DNA from: Candidatus Latescibacterota bacterium | GTDB taxonomy: Bacteria > Latescibacterota > UBA2968 > UBA8231 | Direction: 5' to 3' | NCBI GenBank assembly: GCA_965203175.1 | Contig: OZ241867.1 | Coordinates: forward strand, 3,584,001-3,648,000 | Length of the DNA: 64,000 nucleotides | Shown: positions 49,381 to 59,598 of the stretch, piece after piece | Layout of the letters: every line of letters begins with the position of its first letter | How positions within the stretch are numbered: the stretch's first letter is position 1 | The notes under the pieces: generated by a model | The model's input: the letters and a program-made list of their open reading frames with translations, nothing else | Database searches by the model: none | What the model was told of the DNA's origin: nothing | Made by a program: the position numbers and the translations under genes

Positions 49381-50418
49381 ATGTTCAAAGGTTGTAGTAC
49401 AGCCCTAGTGACGCCCATGAGCGCAGACGGCAGCATTGACTACGGCGGCTTGGAGCAACTCGTAGAATTCCAAATCGCCAACAATATCCAAGCGGTACTC
49501 GCCGTCGGCACGACCGGCGAAAGCCCGACCCTGCTATGGGAAGAGCACAACGAAGTCATTGATCGCACGGTTGGGCTGGCCAAGGGACGCACCCTGTCGA
49601 TTGCCGGCACGGGCAGCAACTCCACCAAGGAGACCATGGCGGGCAGCGAGCACGCCGCCCACATTGGCGCAGACGCCGTGTTGCTGGTCGATCCCTACTA
49701 CAATGGGCCCAGCTCCTTGGAGATCCGCCGCGAATACGTCGAGCCGGTGGCGCGGACCTTTCCCGAGGTACAGATCATTCCCTACATCATCCCCGGGCGC
49801 ACCGGCTGTATGATGCAGGTGGAAGATTTGGCCATTCTCGCCCACCAGTATCCCAACGTGGCCCAAGTCAAAGAGGCGACCGGCGACCTAGACAACATGG
49901 CCAAGACGCGTCGGCTCTGCGGCGACGATTTTACCATCCTCTCGGGCGATGACGACAAGACCGTGCCGATGATGAAGAGCGCGGATATCCGGGCCGCTGG
50001 CGTGATCTCGGTGATGTCCAACGTCATTCCGGGTCCCATCCAGCGGCTCACCGAACTGCTCAACGCCGGCCAGGAGGACGAAGCCGATAATTTGGCGGAG
50101 AAGCTAGCGCCGCTTTTTGGCATCGTCGGCGTTGCGACCACTGAACAGAGTGCTTATGGCCCGGTCGAGTGCAAGGCGCGCAACCCGGTGCCGATTAAGA
50201 CGCTGATGAATATTCTCGGCATGCCGGCCGGGCCGGTGCGGCAGCCGCTGGGCAAGATGACGCACGCGGGTGTGCAAGTGGTGCTGGACGCTGCGCGCCA
50301 AGTACACGCCAACGACCCAACGGCTTTTGCGCCGGTCGCCGAGTTTTTCGGGGTGGATGTGGAAGCGCGTCTGCACGACGACTCGCTGGTCGAGCGCGCA
50401 GTGTATCCATCGTATTAA
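49381..50418 (+). CDS. dapA: 4-hydroxy-tetrahydrodipicolinate synthase (long type)
   Basis: TALVTP, GTTGESPTL, GTGSNST, PYYN, VKEATG, LSGDD, NPVPIK; adjacent to dapB. Confidence 0.92.
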   Translation: MFKGCSTALVTPMSADGSIDYGGLEQLVEFQIANNIQAVLAVGTTGESPTLLWEEHNEVIDRTVGLAKGRTLSIAGTGSNSTKETMAGSEHAAHIGADAVLLVDPYYNGPSSLEIRREYVEPVARTFPEVQIIPYIIPGRTGCMMQVEDLAILAHQYPNVAQVKEATGDLDNMAKTRRLCGDDFTILSGDDDKTVPMMKSADIRAAGVISVMSNVIPGPIQRLTELLNAGQEDEADNLAEKLAPLFGIVGVATTEQSAYGPVECKARNPVPIKTLMNILGMPAGPVRQPLGKMTHAGVQVVLDAARQVHANDPTAFAPVAEFFGVDVEARLHDDSLVERAVYPSY

Positions 50419-50432
50419 TCGAGGCTAGAGCG

Positions 50433-51236
50433 ATGACCAAAATCGTAATCTGCGGAGTGGCTGGACGCATGGGCCAGCGGCTGGCCCACTTGATTTTGAC
50501 GGCGGCTGATTTGGAGCTGTGCGGCGGCAAGGAGCGCCCAGACCACGAGGCGGTGGGGCGCGACATCGGCGAAGTCGTTGGCGCGCGGCATCTTGGCCTA
50601 ACGGTCAGCGACACGCTGTCGGGTATCGTCGAACCCGACCAGGTAGTAGTCTGTTTTACGACCCCAGAGGCGACCCTTGAAGACGCGGCCCTCTGCGCGG
50701 TGCGCGGGGTGCCCATGGTGGTGGGGACTACGGGTTTTACCCCGGAGCAACTCGCGGAATTCAAGCGGACGGTAGCAGACATTACCTGCGTGTTTGCGTC
50801 GAACTTCAGCACGGCCATGAACGTGCTTTTCAAGCTGGTCGAAGAGGCGGCGCGGATCTTGGGCGACGACTACGATGTGGAGGTCATTGAGGCGCATCAC
50901 CGGCACAAGGTCGATGCGCCCTCTGGGTCGGCACTGACGCTGGCCGAGCGGGCCGCGGCTGGATTGGGCCGTAACTTGCGCGAGGTCGCCGTACACGGGC
51001 GGTCGGGCGTGGTCGGCGAGCGCTCGCGCCAAGAGATTGGCATGCACGCGATCCGCGCCGGCGACTTGGCAGGCGAGCACACGGTGCTCTTCGCGGCTCC
51101 AGGCGAGTGCCTCGAACTGCAGCACCGGGCTACGAGCCGCGATTCCTTTGCTTTGGGTGCGTTGCGTGCCGCTCGCTTTGCAGCGCAGGCCGATCCGGGC
51201 ATGTATTCGATGGGAGATGTGTTGGGGCTAGGTTGA
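50433..51236 (+). CDS. dapB: 4-hydroxy-tetrahydrodipicolinate reductase
   Basis: GVAGRMG, GTTG, EAHHRHKVDAPSGSA, GEHTV. Confidence 0.95.
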   Translation: MTKIVICGVAGRMGQRLAHLILTAADLELCGGKERPDHEAVGRDIGEVVGARHLGLTVSDTLSGIVEPDQVVVCFTTPEATLEDAALCAVRGVPMVVGTTGFTPEQLAEFKRTVADITCVFASNFSTAMNVLFKLVEEAARILGDDYDVEVIEAHHRHKVDAPSGSALTLAERAAAGLGRNLREVAVHGRSGVVGERSRQEIGMHAIRAGDLAGEHTVLFAAPGECLELQHRATSRDSFALGALRAARFAAQADPGMYSMGDVLGLG

Positions 51237-51240
51237 TCGC

Positions 51241-52008
51241 TCAGCGCTTGGGGCGGAGGAGGTGCTGCGGCGTCGGCCATAGGGTCTGAAGCTTGTCGCG
51301 CAGTCGCGCGGCTTCCTCAAAGTTTTCCGCTTCTACGGCCACCTTTAAGTCTCGCTCTAATTGTTCGCGCTCGGACAGTGGGCGCTCCTGCTCCAATTCC
51401 TCGTACCATTCGCGCAAAAAGGAAATCTCAGGCAAATCCTCTTCTAGCTCGGATTCCCATTCTTCGACAAAGCTCTCAATGTGGGCAATGCCTTCTTCCA
51501 CGGCGCGCATGGCCGTTGGATAGTCGTCGCTGCGGAGGGCTAGCATGGCGTGCGCCCGGGTTTGCATCATAATCGCGTGTGGATAGTACTGCTCAAAGTA
51601 CCAGCGGATCTCGTCGTTGGGCGCGCACTGATCGACCAATTCAAAAATCTGTAGAGTGTGCTCGGTATCGGCGACGACCCCTTCGTAGTCTTCTAGGTTG
51701 AACAGACTTAAATAGCGGTGGTAGTACTGCCAGGCCTCTTGGAAGAGTTCTTCGCACTCGTCTTCTCCTAGCACGAAGCCTTCTGGGGTGTCGCGCGATT
51801 CGATGAGGTCTTGGTAGTAGTCGAGCAGCGAGGGGCAGCCGTGCGGTTGTTGGCCGTCGGGACGGCCATCCAATTCAAGCTGCAGGAGCCCCATGTCGAT
51901 GCGGATCTGAAGTTTTTCCTCGCCCTTGCTGGTGCGGATGCGCCGAGCGAGGAATTCGTCGGGCTTAAATTCCCAACCGTTGAGCAAGTCGCCGATATCG
52001 TAATTCAT
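51241..52008 (-). CDS. Conserved protein with C-terminal UVR (UvrB/UvrC) motif
   Basis: LQIRIDMGLLQLELDGRPDG; LKVAVEAENFEEAARLRD. Confidence 0.85.
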   Translation of the reverse strand: MNYDIGDLLNGWEFKPDEFLARRIRTSKGEEKLQIRIDMGLLQLELDGRPDGQQPHGCPSLLDYYQDLIESRDTPEGFVLGEDECEELFQEAWQYYHRYLSLFNLEDYEGVVADTEHTLQIFELVDQCAPNDEIRWYFEQYYPHAIMMQTRAHAMLALRSDDYPTAMRAVEEGIAHIESFVEEWESELEEDLPEISFLREWYEELEQERPLSEREQLERDLKVAVEAENFEEAARLRDKLQTLWPTPQHLLRPKR

Positions 52009-52267
52009 GGGCGCGCTCTCTGACAGAAAATAGGATGAAGAAACCCAGCCCCAAGGAGGCTGGGGGAACACAAGGGACAATATAGGGCAGAACCTAGTAC
52101 TGCGCTACTAATCAACGCAATTCTCGTCAAATCGCTTGCCCATACAAAAATAAGCGCCGGGCTACAGGCCCCGCGCTTATCGTGATATAATATACACAAA
52201 AAGAGAGAACATGTCCAGTAAAATGATTTAAGTGGAATATAAATAATAAGTTAGCACATATTTTATA

Positions 52268-52296
52268 TTGACACGATCCGCCTCTTAACCTACTTT
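52268..52296 (+). promoter_or_regulatory. Sigma70 promoter
   Basis: TTGACA-N17-TACTTT with an AT-rich upstream tract; SD AGGAGG before 52340. Confidence 0.7.
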
Positions 52297-52339
52297 AAGA
52301 CCGCCCCCAATCTCTACTTCATTCCACACAGGAGGACCG

Positions 52340-53104
52340 ATGTCCCAGCACGAGAACGATGCCCTGCAAGTGCAGGGCGACCGGGTGGTGCTAGGGGAGT
52401 GGTCGGGCGATCTGGAAGAATTGATCGCCAAGAATGTCGAATTGCGCCAGATGCTGCGCGAAGGGCGCGCCGACGAGGCCCGTGCACTGCTCAAGGCGCA
52501 GGTCGTGGAGGAACAAGCCGCGCTGGTGGCCATAGACGAAAATCCCGAGGAGGTGCTCTCGCTGACCGGCATGGACGCCCAAGGCCGCCCGGGGTACTTG
52601 CCCGCTGTCGTCGATAAGCTGCCGTCGGAGATCATCGCCGAGTTGGTCGCTCCCGGCGAGCACAAGCTGGCGAGGTTCAACACCGCGCTGTTGCAGACCA
52701 TGTCGGCGGAGTCGTTTGCGCGCGCGGTAGAAGACACGCTCGATCCTGTTTACTACCACGGCAACCGCACCAAGGTGTCGTGGGAATGGCTCGAAGCGGT
52801 CGCGGCGCTAGACGATCACAGTAAGCGCGCCGCGCTCTTGTACAAGGTTGATCAGAGCCTACTAGAGGACGCCTTTCTCGACAAGGTCGATAGCATTGAC
52901 ATGCACGCCGAGATCGATGCGGGCCGTTATGGCACTGTTTCGGCTTATCGCCTGTTGTCGGAATCGGGGCAGGCGGTGATGTTGCCGCCGATCAACGACC
53001 CGGAGGTCCGCGAGGTCATCTACGCCTTGCACCAAGCCGCACCCGAGTTGCTGGCAAAGGTGCTGCGCGCCGCTTGGGAACGGGCCCGCGGAGGGGCCTC
53101 GTGA
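52340..53104 (+). CDS. Hypothetical helical protein
   Basis: Strong SD, 254 aa, translationally coupled to the next ORF. Confidence 0.75.
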   Translation: MSQHENDALQVQGDRVVLGEWSGDLEELIAKNVELRQMLREGRADEARALLKAQVVEEQAALVAIDENPEEVLSLTGMDAQGRPGYLPAVVDKLPSEIIAELVAPGEHKLARFNTALLQTMSAESFARAVEDTLDPVYYHGNRTKVSWEWLEAVAALDDHSKRAALLYKVDQSLLEDAFLDKVDSIDMHAEIDAGRYGTVSAYRLLSESGQAVMLPPINDPEVREVIYALHQAAPELLAKVLRAAWERARGGAS

Positions 53105-54012
53105 GCCGGCTAGCGCGCGTTGATCTCAACCAAGTCCCGCTCGACCACAATAGTTTCATTGGCCAAGTGGTTGCTGCGGGTCTCGAATACGAGCAATTGT
53201 CGCCGCGTTTTATGGATTCGCTACGGGCTTATCTGCGGATCCGCGGGTTGGGCTTTGCCCAGCGCAATCGCACTGGGATCGCCCTCGGCCGCGATCAGTT
53301 GCGCCAAGGCATGGAGCAGGGCTTGGCGTGCATGGACTTGGCGCTGGAGGAGGAAAGCGGCGGCGACCTCAACGCCGCCGTCGCCAAGCTGGTCAGCGAC
53401 CCGTTTGACGCGCTCTACAAGCAGGGCTGGGAGCGCGCTTTCCAGCGCTTAAAAGAGATGCGCCAGCAGGCCCGCGCCTTGGTCGGTTGCCCCGAGCTGG
53501 GCTTTTGGCCCGATCGGCAGCCCAAAGTCGCAGCCTTGGCAAAGCTCGTGCCCGAGACGTGGACCGGCCCCAGCGCCATCGACCTGCGCGCCGACGGCCA
53601 AATGCTACAAGAGCTAACCGGCAAGGTGGCCTTTGTGCGCTCGTTGCCGCAGCCGTCGGTGACCGCTTTGCTCGAGCAGGTCGATGTGGATTTCGCCGGC
53701 GTGCTGCACCGCGTCATTTTGGCGTTGGCGCTGGGGCGCGCCGAGCTAGTGGCCAAAAAGGAGCACGTGTCGCGCTTTTGTGCCGAGTGCTTTACTGAGG
53801 ATGGACTGCACCCTCACGTGCGGCGGCAGGTGTTGGACCAGCTCGTCGGGCACTTGGACAATGCGGTGGCGGATGCGGACGTGCGGGTGTGGATTGCGGA
53901 CGAGTTGTGTGCGGAAATTGAGGTGCTAGAACAGGCCGCGGACCAGGGCGACCTAGCGGCGTTTTTTCTGTCCCATCCGGCACAGCTTTTTCCGCTTGGG
54001 GAATTTGAGTAG
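53101..54012 (+). CDS. Hypothetical helical protein
   Basis: GTGA overlap with the upstream stop; about 303 aa. Confidence 0.72.
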   Translation: MSRLARVDLNQVPLDHNSFIGQVVAAGLEYEQLSPRFMDSLRAYLRIRGLGFAQRNRTGIALGRDQLRQGMEQGLACMDLALEEESGGDLNAAVAKLVSDPFDALYKQGWERAFQRLKEMRQQARALVGCPELGFWPDRQPKVAALAKLVPETWTGPSAIDLRADGQMLQELTGKVAFVRSLPQPSVTALLEQVDVDFAGVLHRVILALALGRAELVAKKEHVSRFCAECFTEDGLHPHVRRQVLDQLVGHLDNAVADADVRVWIADELCAEIEVLEQAADQGDLAAFFLSHPAQLFPLGEFE

Positions 54013-54072
54013 CTTTGCAAGTTCGATTAACTAGCGGTTTTTCCATGCACTCCACACCTTCTGCGAGGTCTT

Positions 54073-54993
54073 ATGGCTCATCACGAATTCGCCCCCACCC
54101 ACTACCACAATACCATCGGTTGGCACGAGCCTGTGCTGACCATTGCTCCCGGCGATACGGTCTCTACCACGACCGTTGACGCCCGCGGCCAAGACCAGTA
54201 CGGCGAGCGGGTCGCTGAGCGCGGGAACCCGATGACGGGGCCTTTCTACATAGAGGGGGCCGATCCGGGCGACACCTTGGTGGTTCACTTCGACAAGCTC
54301 TATCCCAACCGCGACTGGGGCTGGACGGGTTGGGCAATTGCCCCCAACGTGCTGGACCCGGGTTTTACAACCGGGATTGAGCCCGACGACCAGCCGCTCC
54401 GGTGGCCGATTGATCTAGCAGCGGGCACGACAACGCAGCCGGAGGTCCTGCCGGGCGTGGTGCTGCCCCTCGACCCGATGGTGGGCTGTTTCGGGGTGGC
54501 TCCGCCGCGCGGTCAGGCCATTTCCACGGCGACCTCCTCGACCCACGGCGGCAACATGGACTACCGGGGCTTTGTTACCGGAGTGACCGTCTATTTGCCG
54601 GTCGAGGCTCCGGGGGCGCTTTTCCATCTAGGCGATGGGCACGCCGTCCAAGGCGACGGCGAGATCGTCGGCACGGGCGTGGAAATCTCTTTTGACACGA
54701 CGTTTAGCGTAGATGTGATCAAGGGCAAGCAGATCGGCTGGCCCCGCGCTGAAAACGACACGCACATTCTCGCGGTCGGCAATGCGCGTCCTTTAGACCA
54801 ATGCGTGCAGCACGCCACCACCGAGCTGATCAACTGGCTTACCGAGGACTACGGCCTCACCGAGTTGAGCGCCCACGCGCTCTTGGGGCAGTGTGTGGAA
54901 TACGATATGGGGAACGTGTACGACCCGGCCTATACGATGGTCTGCAAGGTCGCCAAGTCGCTGCTCTCGGCTATGGGAGCCGAGCGCTCATAG
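54073..54993 (+). CDS. Acetamidase/formamidase family
   Basis: NPMTGPFYIEGA.PGD, HGGNMD, GDGHAVQGDGE. Confidence 0.92.
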   Translation: MAHHEFAPTHYHNTIGWHEPVLTIAPGDTVSTTTVDARGQDQYGERVAERGNPMTGPFYIEGADPGDTLVVHFDKLYPNRDWGWTGWAIAPNVLDPGFTTGIEPDDQPLRWPIDLAAGTTTQPEVLPGVVLPLDPMVGCFGVAPPRGQAISTATSSTHGGNMDYRGFVTGVTVYLPVEAPGALFHLGDGHAVQGDGEIVGTGVEISFDTTFSVDVIKGKQIGWPRAENDTHILAVGNARPLDQCVQHATTELINWLTEDYGLTELSAHALLGQCVEYDMGNVYDPAYTMVCKVAKSLLSAMGAERS

Positions 54994-56484
54994 GTCGGCG
55001 ATGGAGTCGAGGCCCTCGGGCTGCGGCAAGACGTAGCGGACGGGCTGGATGGTGCCGTCGCGGCGGCGCACCTGTTCGACTCGCTTGCACTTGATGACGG
55101 AGTGCTCAATGAATAGGTCGTCGTCGATTTGGCAGCCGTAGAGGTAGCTAGTGCCTTTGATGGTTACGCGCTCGCCCACGCGCATGGGGTGTTTGTCGCT
55201 GCCGGTCATGAGTACGCCAGATTCGATGCGGCTGTGCGCGCCAATCTGCAGGTTGCCCTTGAGGATATTGCGGCTGAGCACTTCGACCTCGTCGTCAAGC
55301 GCGAGGGTTTGATCTGGGTACGTGCTCAGTTCGACGCCGACGCCGATTTGGACCCCTTCGCCTAGCACTACGTGCCCGCTCAGATGGCTGCGGTCGCCGA
55401 TGGTGACGCGACGGTTGAGCTGGACCTCGGGGCCGATGTAGGTGCCCTTGCCGATGACGATGTCCAAGGGGCCGCACTCCGCGTCCATGTTGAGGATCTG
55501 CTCGATGACCTCGTCGGCGATGAAGAAGTCCTCTTCGTCGGCGATGGTGATGGTGTCCTTGAGTTTGTCGTAGGCCCAGCGGCGGGCTATGGCTTCCATC
55601 TGACGCCAGACGCTTTTGACGTTGAAGGCGAGGAGTTCCTCTTCGCTGTCGGCCGTGGCGGCCCGCACCACGAGTTGGTGCTGATTGAAAATTTGCACTA
55701 GGTCGGTCAGCAGCAACTCGCCTTGGGCATTGTCGGTGTCGAGATGCTGGATGTACGTGCGCAGCGCATGTTCTCTGAAGGCGACGACGCCGGTGTTGAT
55801 CTCGCGTGTTTCCAGCAGATCTTGGCGCGTGAAGGCGTAGGTGCGGCCGTTGTAAGCGGCCTCGTAGGGCGTTGCCGCGTCGAGGCTGAGGATGTCTTTG
55901 TGCTCCCTGATTTCAATGACTTTGTCGCGGTCTTCACCCGCTGGCTGCCCGGAGGCATCAGTGGCTGGCACGCGCACGATGCGGCCATAGGAGTTGGTCT
56001 CGGCCGGGCCGCTGTACAGGCCGGTGAGCACCATCATGTCGCAGTCGGCGTTTTCAAAGCTGGCGCGGAATTGGGCTACTACCTGACCGGTCAACAAGCC
56101 CATGTCCCCTAAAAAGATGTACACGTCGCGGTCGGTCGCCGCGGCGGGAAAGGCTTGGAGGCCGACGCGCACGGCGTCGCCGGTTCCGGCTGGTCGGCCG
56201 AGAACCGGGTTTTCTTGGTACGCGAAGAGACGCCCCGGTTGGGGGCCGGCCGCGCGGGCGACGTCTAGGCCTTTGATGCCCACGACGATGACCTGGTTAG
56301 GGCTGTCGAGGCCCTCTTGCACGGCGCGGGCCACGCGCACGGCCGTTGGCTGACCCCAGATTTCGTGCAGCATCTTGGAGGTCTCCGAGCGGATGCGCAT
56401 GCCGTGGCCAGCCGCCAAGACAATGCCGATGCGGTGGATGTCGTCTAAAGTTGGCGAATTGATTGCTGTGAGTAGGTCGTGCAT
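54988..56484 (-). CDS. GlmU-like sugar-nucleotidyltransferase with a divergent left-handed beta-helix
   Basis: LAAGHGMR...K, GTGDAV, YGRIVR, EINTG, NAQGELLLTD; hexapeptide repeats. Confidence 0.8.
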   Translation of the reverse strand: MHDLLTAINSPTLDDIHRIGIVLAAGHGMRIRSETSKMLHEIWGQPTAVRVARAVQEGLDSPNQVIVVGIKGLDVARAAGPQPGRLFAYQENPVLGRPAGTGDAVRVGLQAFPAAATDRDVYIFLGDMGLLTGQVVAQFRASFENADCDMMVLTGLYSGPAETNSYGRIVRVPATDASGQPAGEDRDKVIEIREHKDILSLDAATPYEAAYNGRTYAFTRQDLLETREINTGVVAFREHALRTYIQHLDTDNAQGELLLTDLVQIFNQHQLVVRAATADSEEELLAFNVKSVWRQMEAIARRWAYDKLKDTITIADEEDFFIADEVIEQILNMDAECGPLDIVIGKGTYIGPEVQLNRRVTIGDRSHLSGHVVLGEGVQIGVGVELSTYPDQTLALDDEVEVLSRNILKGNLQIGAHSRIESGVLMTGSDKHPMRVGERVTIKGTSYLYGCQIDDDLFIEHSVIKCKRVEQVRRRDGTIQPVRYVLPQPEGLDSIADL

Positions 56485-56570
56485 TGAGTCTCTTTCTTCA
56501 TAGTTGTCTAGTTACCGTTTGTATGCTCAGGCCACTTTAACGCAACAGTCGTACTTCGGGTTCCTTGCCG

Positions 56571-58661
56571 CTAATTTTCTAGGACGTCGATATCCTCGCC
56601 GAGGGCCGTGCGCATGAGCAGCTCCTGCATGCTGTGGCCCGGGGAATCGCACTCGGGTTGGCGGCGGATGTACGTGCCATCTGGGCGCATCTGCCGAGAT
56701 TTGGCGCGGTCGGCGAGCGCGTATGCGAGCAGTTCGCGATAGACGCGCTGCTTCAGGCCCGGATCCAAGATGGGGAAGACAACTTCGACCCGGAAGCGCA
56801 GGTTGCGATTCATCCAGTCTGCGCTGCCGAGCCAGACTTCTTCGTCGCCGCCGTTGGCAAAGTAAAAGACGCGGCTGTGCTCTAAGAAGCGGCCAATGAT
56901 GCTGTACACGCGGATGTTCTCGCTGATGCCGTCGAGACCAGCGCGCAAGCAGCAGATACCGCGCACGATTAGATCGATTTCGACGCCGGCCTGCGAGGCC
57001 GCGTACAGGACCTTGATGATCGCTGGATCCATGAGGCCGTTCATCTTGGCAATAACGGCGGCCGGCCGACCGGCGCGAGCGTGTTCGCTTTCGCGCTCGA
57101 TGCGGTCGAGCATGCCCTGCATCAGCCCGGAGGGCGCGACTAGCAGTTTTTCAAATTGACTGATGCGGCTGTGGGCGGTGAGCATATTGAAGACTTCGGC
57201 TACCTCCGCGGTGATTGTTGGCTCGGCGGTAATCAGCCCTAGATCCGTGTAGAGCCGCGCAGTGGTGTGATTGTAATTGCCGGTGCCCAAGTGGGCGTAG
57301 CGGCGCAGGCGATCTTGATCGCGGCGCACCAGCATGGAGAGTTTGCAATGGGTCTTTAGGCCCATGATGCCATAGATCACGTGGATGCCGCTGTCTTCGA
57401 GGCGCTTGGCCCATTCGATGTTGGCTGCTTCGTCGCCGCGGGCTTTTAGCTCGACGAGTACGGTCACTTCCTTGCCGCGCTCGGCCGCGTCGATGAGCGC
57501 CTGCCCCACCTCTGAATCGTCGCCCGTGCGGTAGATGGTCTGTTTGATGGCTAGCACTTTGGGGTCGTTGGCCGCCATGCGGATGAAGTCGATCACCGTA
57601 GAAAACGACTCGTAGGGGTGATGCAGGAGGATGTCGCCGGCGCGGATGGAGTCGAAGAAGGCGTCGGGGTCTTCGGGAGAATCGCGTTCGACAGGCGTGA
57701 AGGGGGAGTCCTTGAGGGCGGGGCGCGAGACGAGGCCGTAAAGGGTCATAACCCGATGGAGGTTGACCGGCCCATTGACCCGAAAGACTAGGCTGTCGTC
57801 GAGATCGAATTGCTGTTGCAAAAGCGATACTAGCTGGTCGGGTGCGCCCGGAGCGATCTCTAGCCGCACGGCGTCGGCTTGGCGCTGCTTGGTGACCTGC
57901 TCTTCGATTTCTTCCAGCAAATTGTCGGCGTCTTCTTCGTTGACGTACAGCTCGCTGTTGCGGGTGATGCGGAATGGGGCCGAGCCGATGACTTCATAGC
58001 CGAAGAACAGTTCGTTGACTTGCAAGTCCATGATCCCGGCCAAGGTCACAAAATGGAGGCCATCGCCTTGGTCGGGCAGGCGCAAGATGCGCGGTAGTAC
58101 TCGCGGCACGGTCGCGACGCCCATCATCTTTTGTCCCTGTTCTTTGAGCAAGGCACCGATGCACAGGGCTTTGTTGAGCACGTGGGGGAAGGGGTGCGCT
58201 GGATCGACGACGATAGGCGTGAGGATTGGTTCGAGTTCTTCCTCCCAGTACTGGCGTACGAAGTCGAGGTGCTCGTCTTTGAGTCGGCGCGCCTCCCAGA
58301 AGTGGATGCCTTCGGCGGCTAGGGCCGGGATGAGGTCCTCGTTCCAGCAGCGATACTGTTCGGCGACTTGCTCGTGGGCTTGTTGGGTGATGCGCTCGAG
58401 TTGTTCGGCCGGGGTCAGGCCGTCGGGGCGACTGGGATTGGCCCCCGATTCGTGTAATTGCAGCAGACCGGCTACCCGGATTTCGTAGAACTCGTCGAGA
58501 TTGCTGGCGACAATGGCCATGAACTTGACGCGCTCTAACAGAGGGTTGCGCTCGTCTTGGGCTTCTTCGAGTACGCGGGCGTTGAAGTCGAGCCACGAGA
58601 GTTCGCGGTTGATGTAGAGCTCGGGACGCTCGAACGTGGGTGGGTGGGCGATTTCGCTCAT
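56571..58661 (-). CDS. ppk1: Polyphosphate kinase 1
   Basis: NRELSWLDFNARV, NLDEF, HHPY, LKTHCK, GTGNY, RFLEHSR, SADWM.RN. Confidence 0.97.
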   Translation of the reverse strand: MSEIAHPPTFERPELYINRELSWLDFNARVLEEAQDERNPLLERVKFMAIVASNLDEFYEIRVAGLLQLHESGANPSRPDGLTPAEQLERITQQAHEQVAEQYRCWNEDLIPALAAEGIHFWEARRLKDEHLDFVRQYWEEELEPILTPIVVDPAHPFPHVLNKALCIGALLKEQGQKMMGVATVPRVLPRILRLPDQGDGLHFVTLAGIMDLQVNELFFGYEVIGSAPFRITRNSELYVNEEDADNLLEEIEEQVTKQRQADAVRLEIAPGAPDQLVSLLQQQFDLDDSLVFRVNGPVNLHRVMTLYGLVSRPALKDSPFTPVERDSPEDPDAFFDSIRAGDILLHHPYESFSTVIDFIRMAANDPKVLAIKQTIYRTGDDSEVGQALIDAAERGKEVTVLVELKARGDEAANIEWAKRLEDSGIHVIYGIMGLKTHCKLSMLVRRDQDRLRRYAHLGTGNYNHTTARLYTDLGLITAEPTITAEVAEVFNMLTAHSRISQFEKLLVAPSGLMQGMLDRIERESEHARAGRPAAVIAKMNGLMDPAIIKVLYAASQAGVEIDLIVRGICCLRAGLDGISENIRVYSIIGRFLEHSRVFYFANGGDEEVWLGSADWMNRNLRFRVEVVFPILDPGLKQRVYRELLAYALADRAKSRQMRPDGTYIRRQPECDSPGHSMQELLMRTALGEDIDVLEN

Positions 58662-58767
58662 ATAGCAATCCTACAAGGTGATCCGCAGATGGACGCAGAT
58701 AGCCGCAGAATAGGATGCACAAGAAGATAAGCCGCTCGAATCGTTCAAATTATGCCGCATTGCTATA

Positions 58768-59571
58768 TCAGTCGAGTTGGGAGATGGTTTCGCGCACGAA
58801 TTGCACCGATTTGGTGAGTGCGTCTTTGGGTTCGCCTTCGATGCCGCATTCGTAGGCTAGATACCCGCTAAAGCCGATGTCCTTGAGGGCCTGTAAGCCG
58901 GCGCGCCAATCGATGTCGCCAGTGCCCGGCTGCATGCGCGTATTGTCTGCCATGTGGACGTGGGCAACGTGTTTGCCGGCCTGGCGGAAGGCGGCGGGGG
59001 TGTCGGTTTCTTCGATGTGCATGTGGAAGAAGTCGCTGAGCAGGGCCACGCCTTGGGGACTGCCGGCGCGCTCGATGATTTCGACGCCGTCGGCTTGGCG
59101 GCGCAAGAGGTGTTGCTCGTAGCGGTTGAGGGGTTCGAGCAGGAGCAGGGTGCCTTGGCTAGCGGCATGAGCGGCGAGGTCTTTGACTAGCTCGACGAGC
59201 AGGGCCTTTTCTAGGGAAATGGCGTCTTGGAGCGGCGAAAGGTCGGGGATGCGCGGCGGCCCAAAGATGGGGGGGACGATCTGGCCGACAGCTTGGAAAT
59301 GCCCGCAGGCTTCCAATTGGCGGCGGGTCTCGGCGAGGCTGTTGGCGCGCTTGCCTGGGTCTGGGTCGAGCCAGTCAAAGGTCTCTTGGCCGCAGATGGA
59401 AGCGATTTTGATGGAGCGTCCGGCGAGGGCCTTTTCGTATTCTTCGACGTGGTCGTACAGGCGCGAGCGGCCGCCGACTTCTAGGCCTTCAATGGCGAGC
59501 GATTCGGCGAAGTCGAGCTTTTCTGCGAGGCTTTCTCCGGGCAGCAGGCCTTCCTGTAAGGCAATTTTCAT
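58768..59571 (-). CDS. Sugar phosphate isomerase/epimerase (TIM barrel)
   Basis: LEPLNRYE, DFFHM, HVHMAD, PGTG, YEC. Confidence 0.9.
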   Translation of the reverse strand: MKIALQEGLLPGESLAEKLDFAESLAIEGLEVGGRSRLYDHVEEYEKALAGRSIKIASICGQETFDWLDPDPGKRANSLAETRRQLEACGHFQAVGQIVPPIFGPPRIPDLSPLQDAISLEKALLVELVKDLAAHAASQGTLLLLEPLNRYEQHLLRRQADGVEIIERAGSPQGVALLSDFFHMHIEETDTPAAFRQAGKHVAHVHMADNTRMQPGTGDIDWRAGLQALKDIGFSGYLAYECGIEGEPKDALTKSVQFVRETISQLD

Positions 59572-59598
59572 GGCGTCCTTTCTTCTGGCGGTCCAGCG

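Noticed and set aside
58683-58710. CGCAGA repeated three times (REP-like remnant) upstream of ppk1
   Set aside because: Too short and degenerate, and single in this window.
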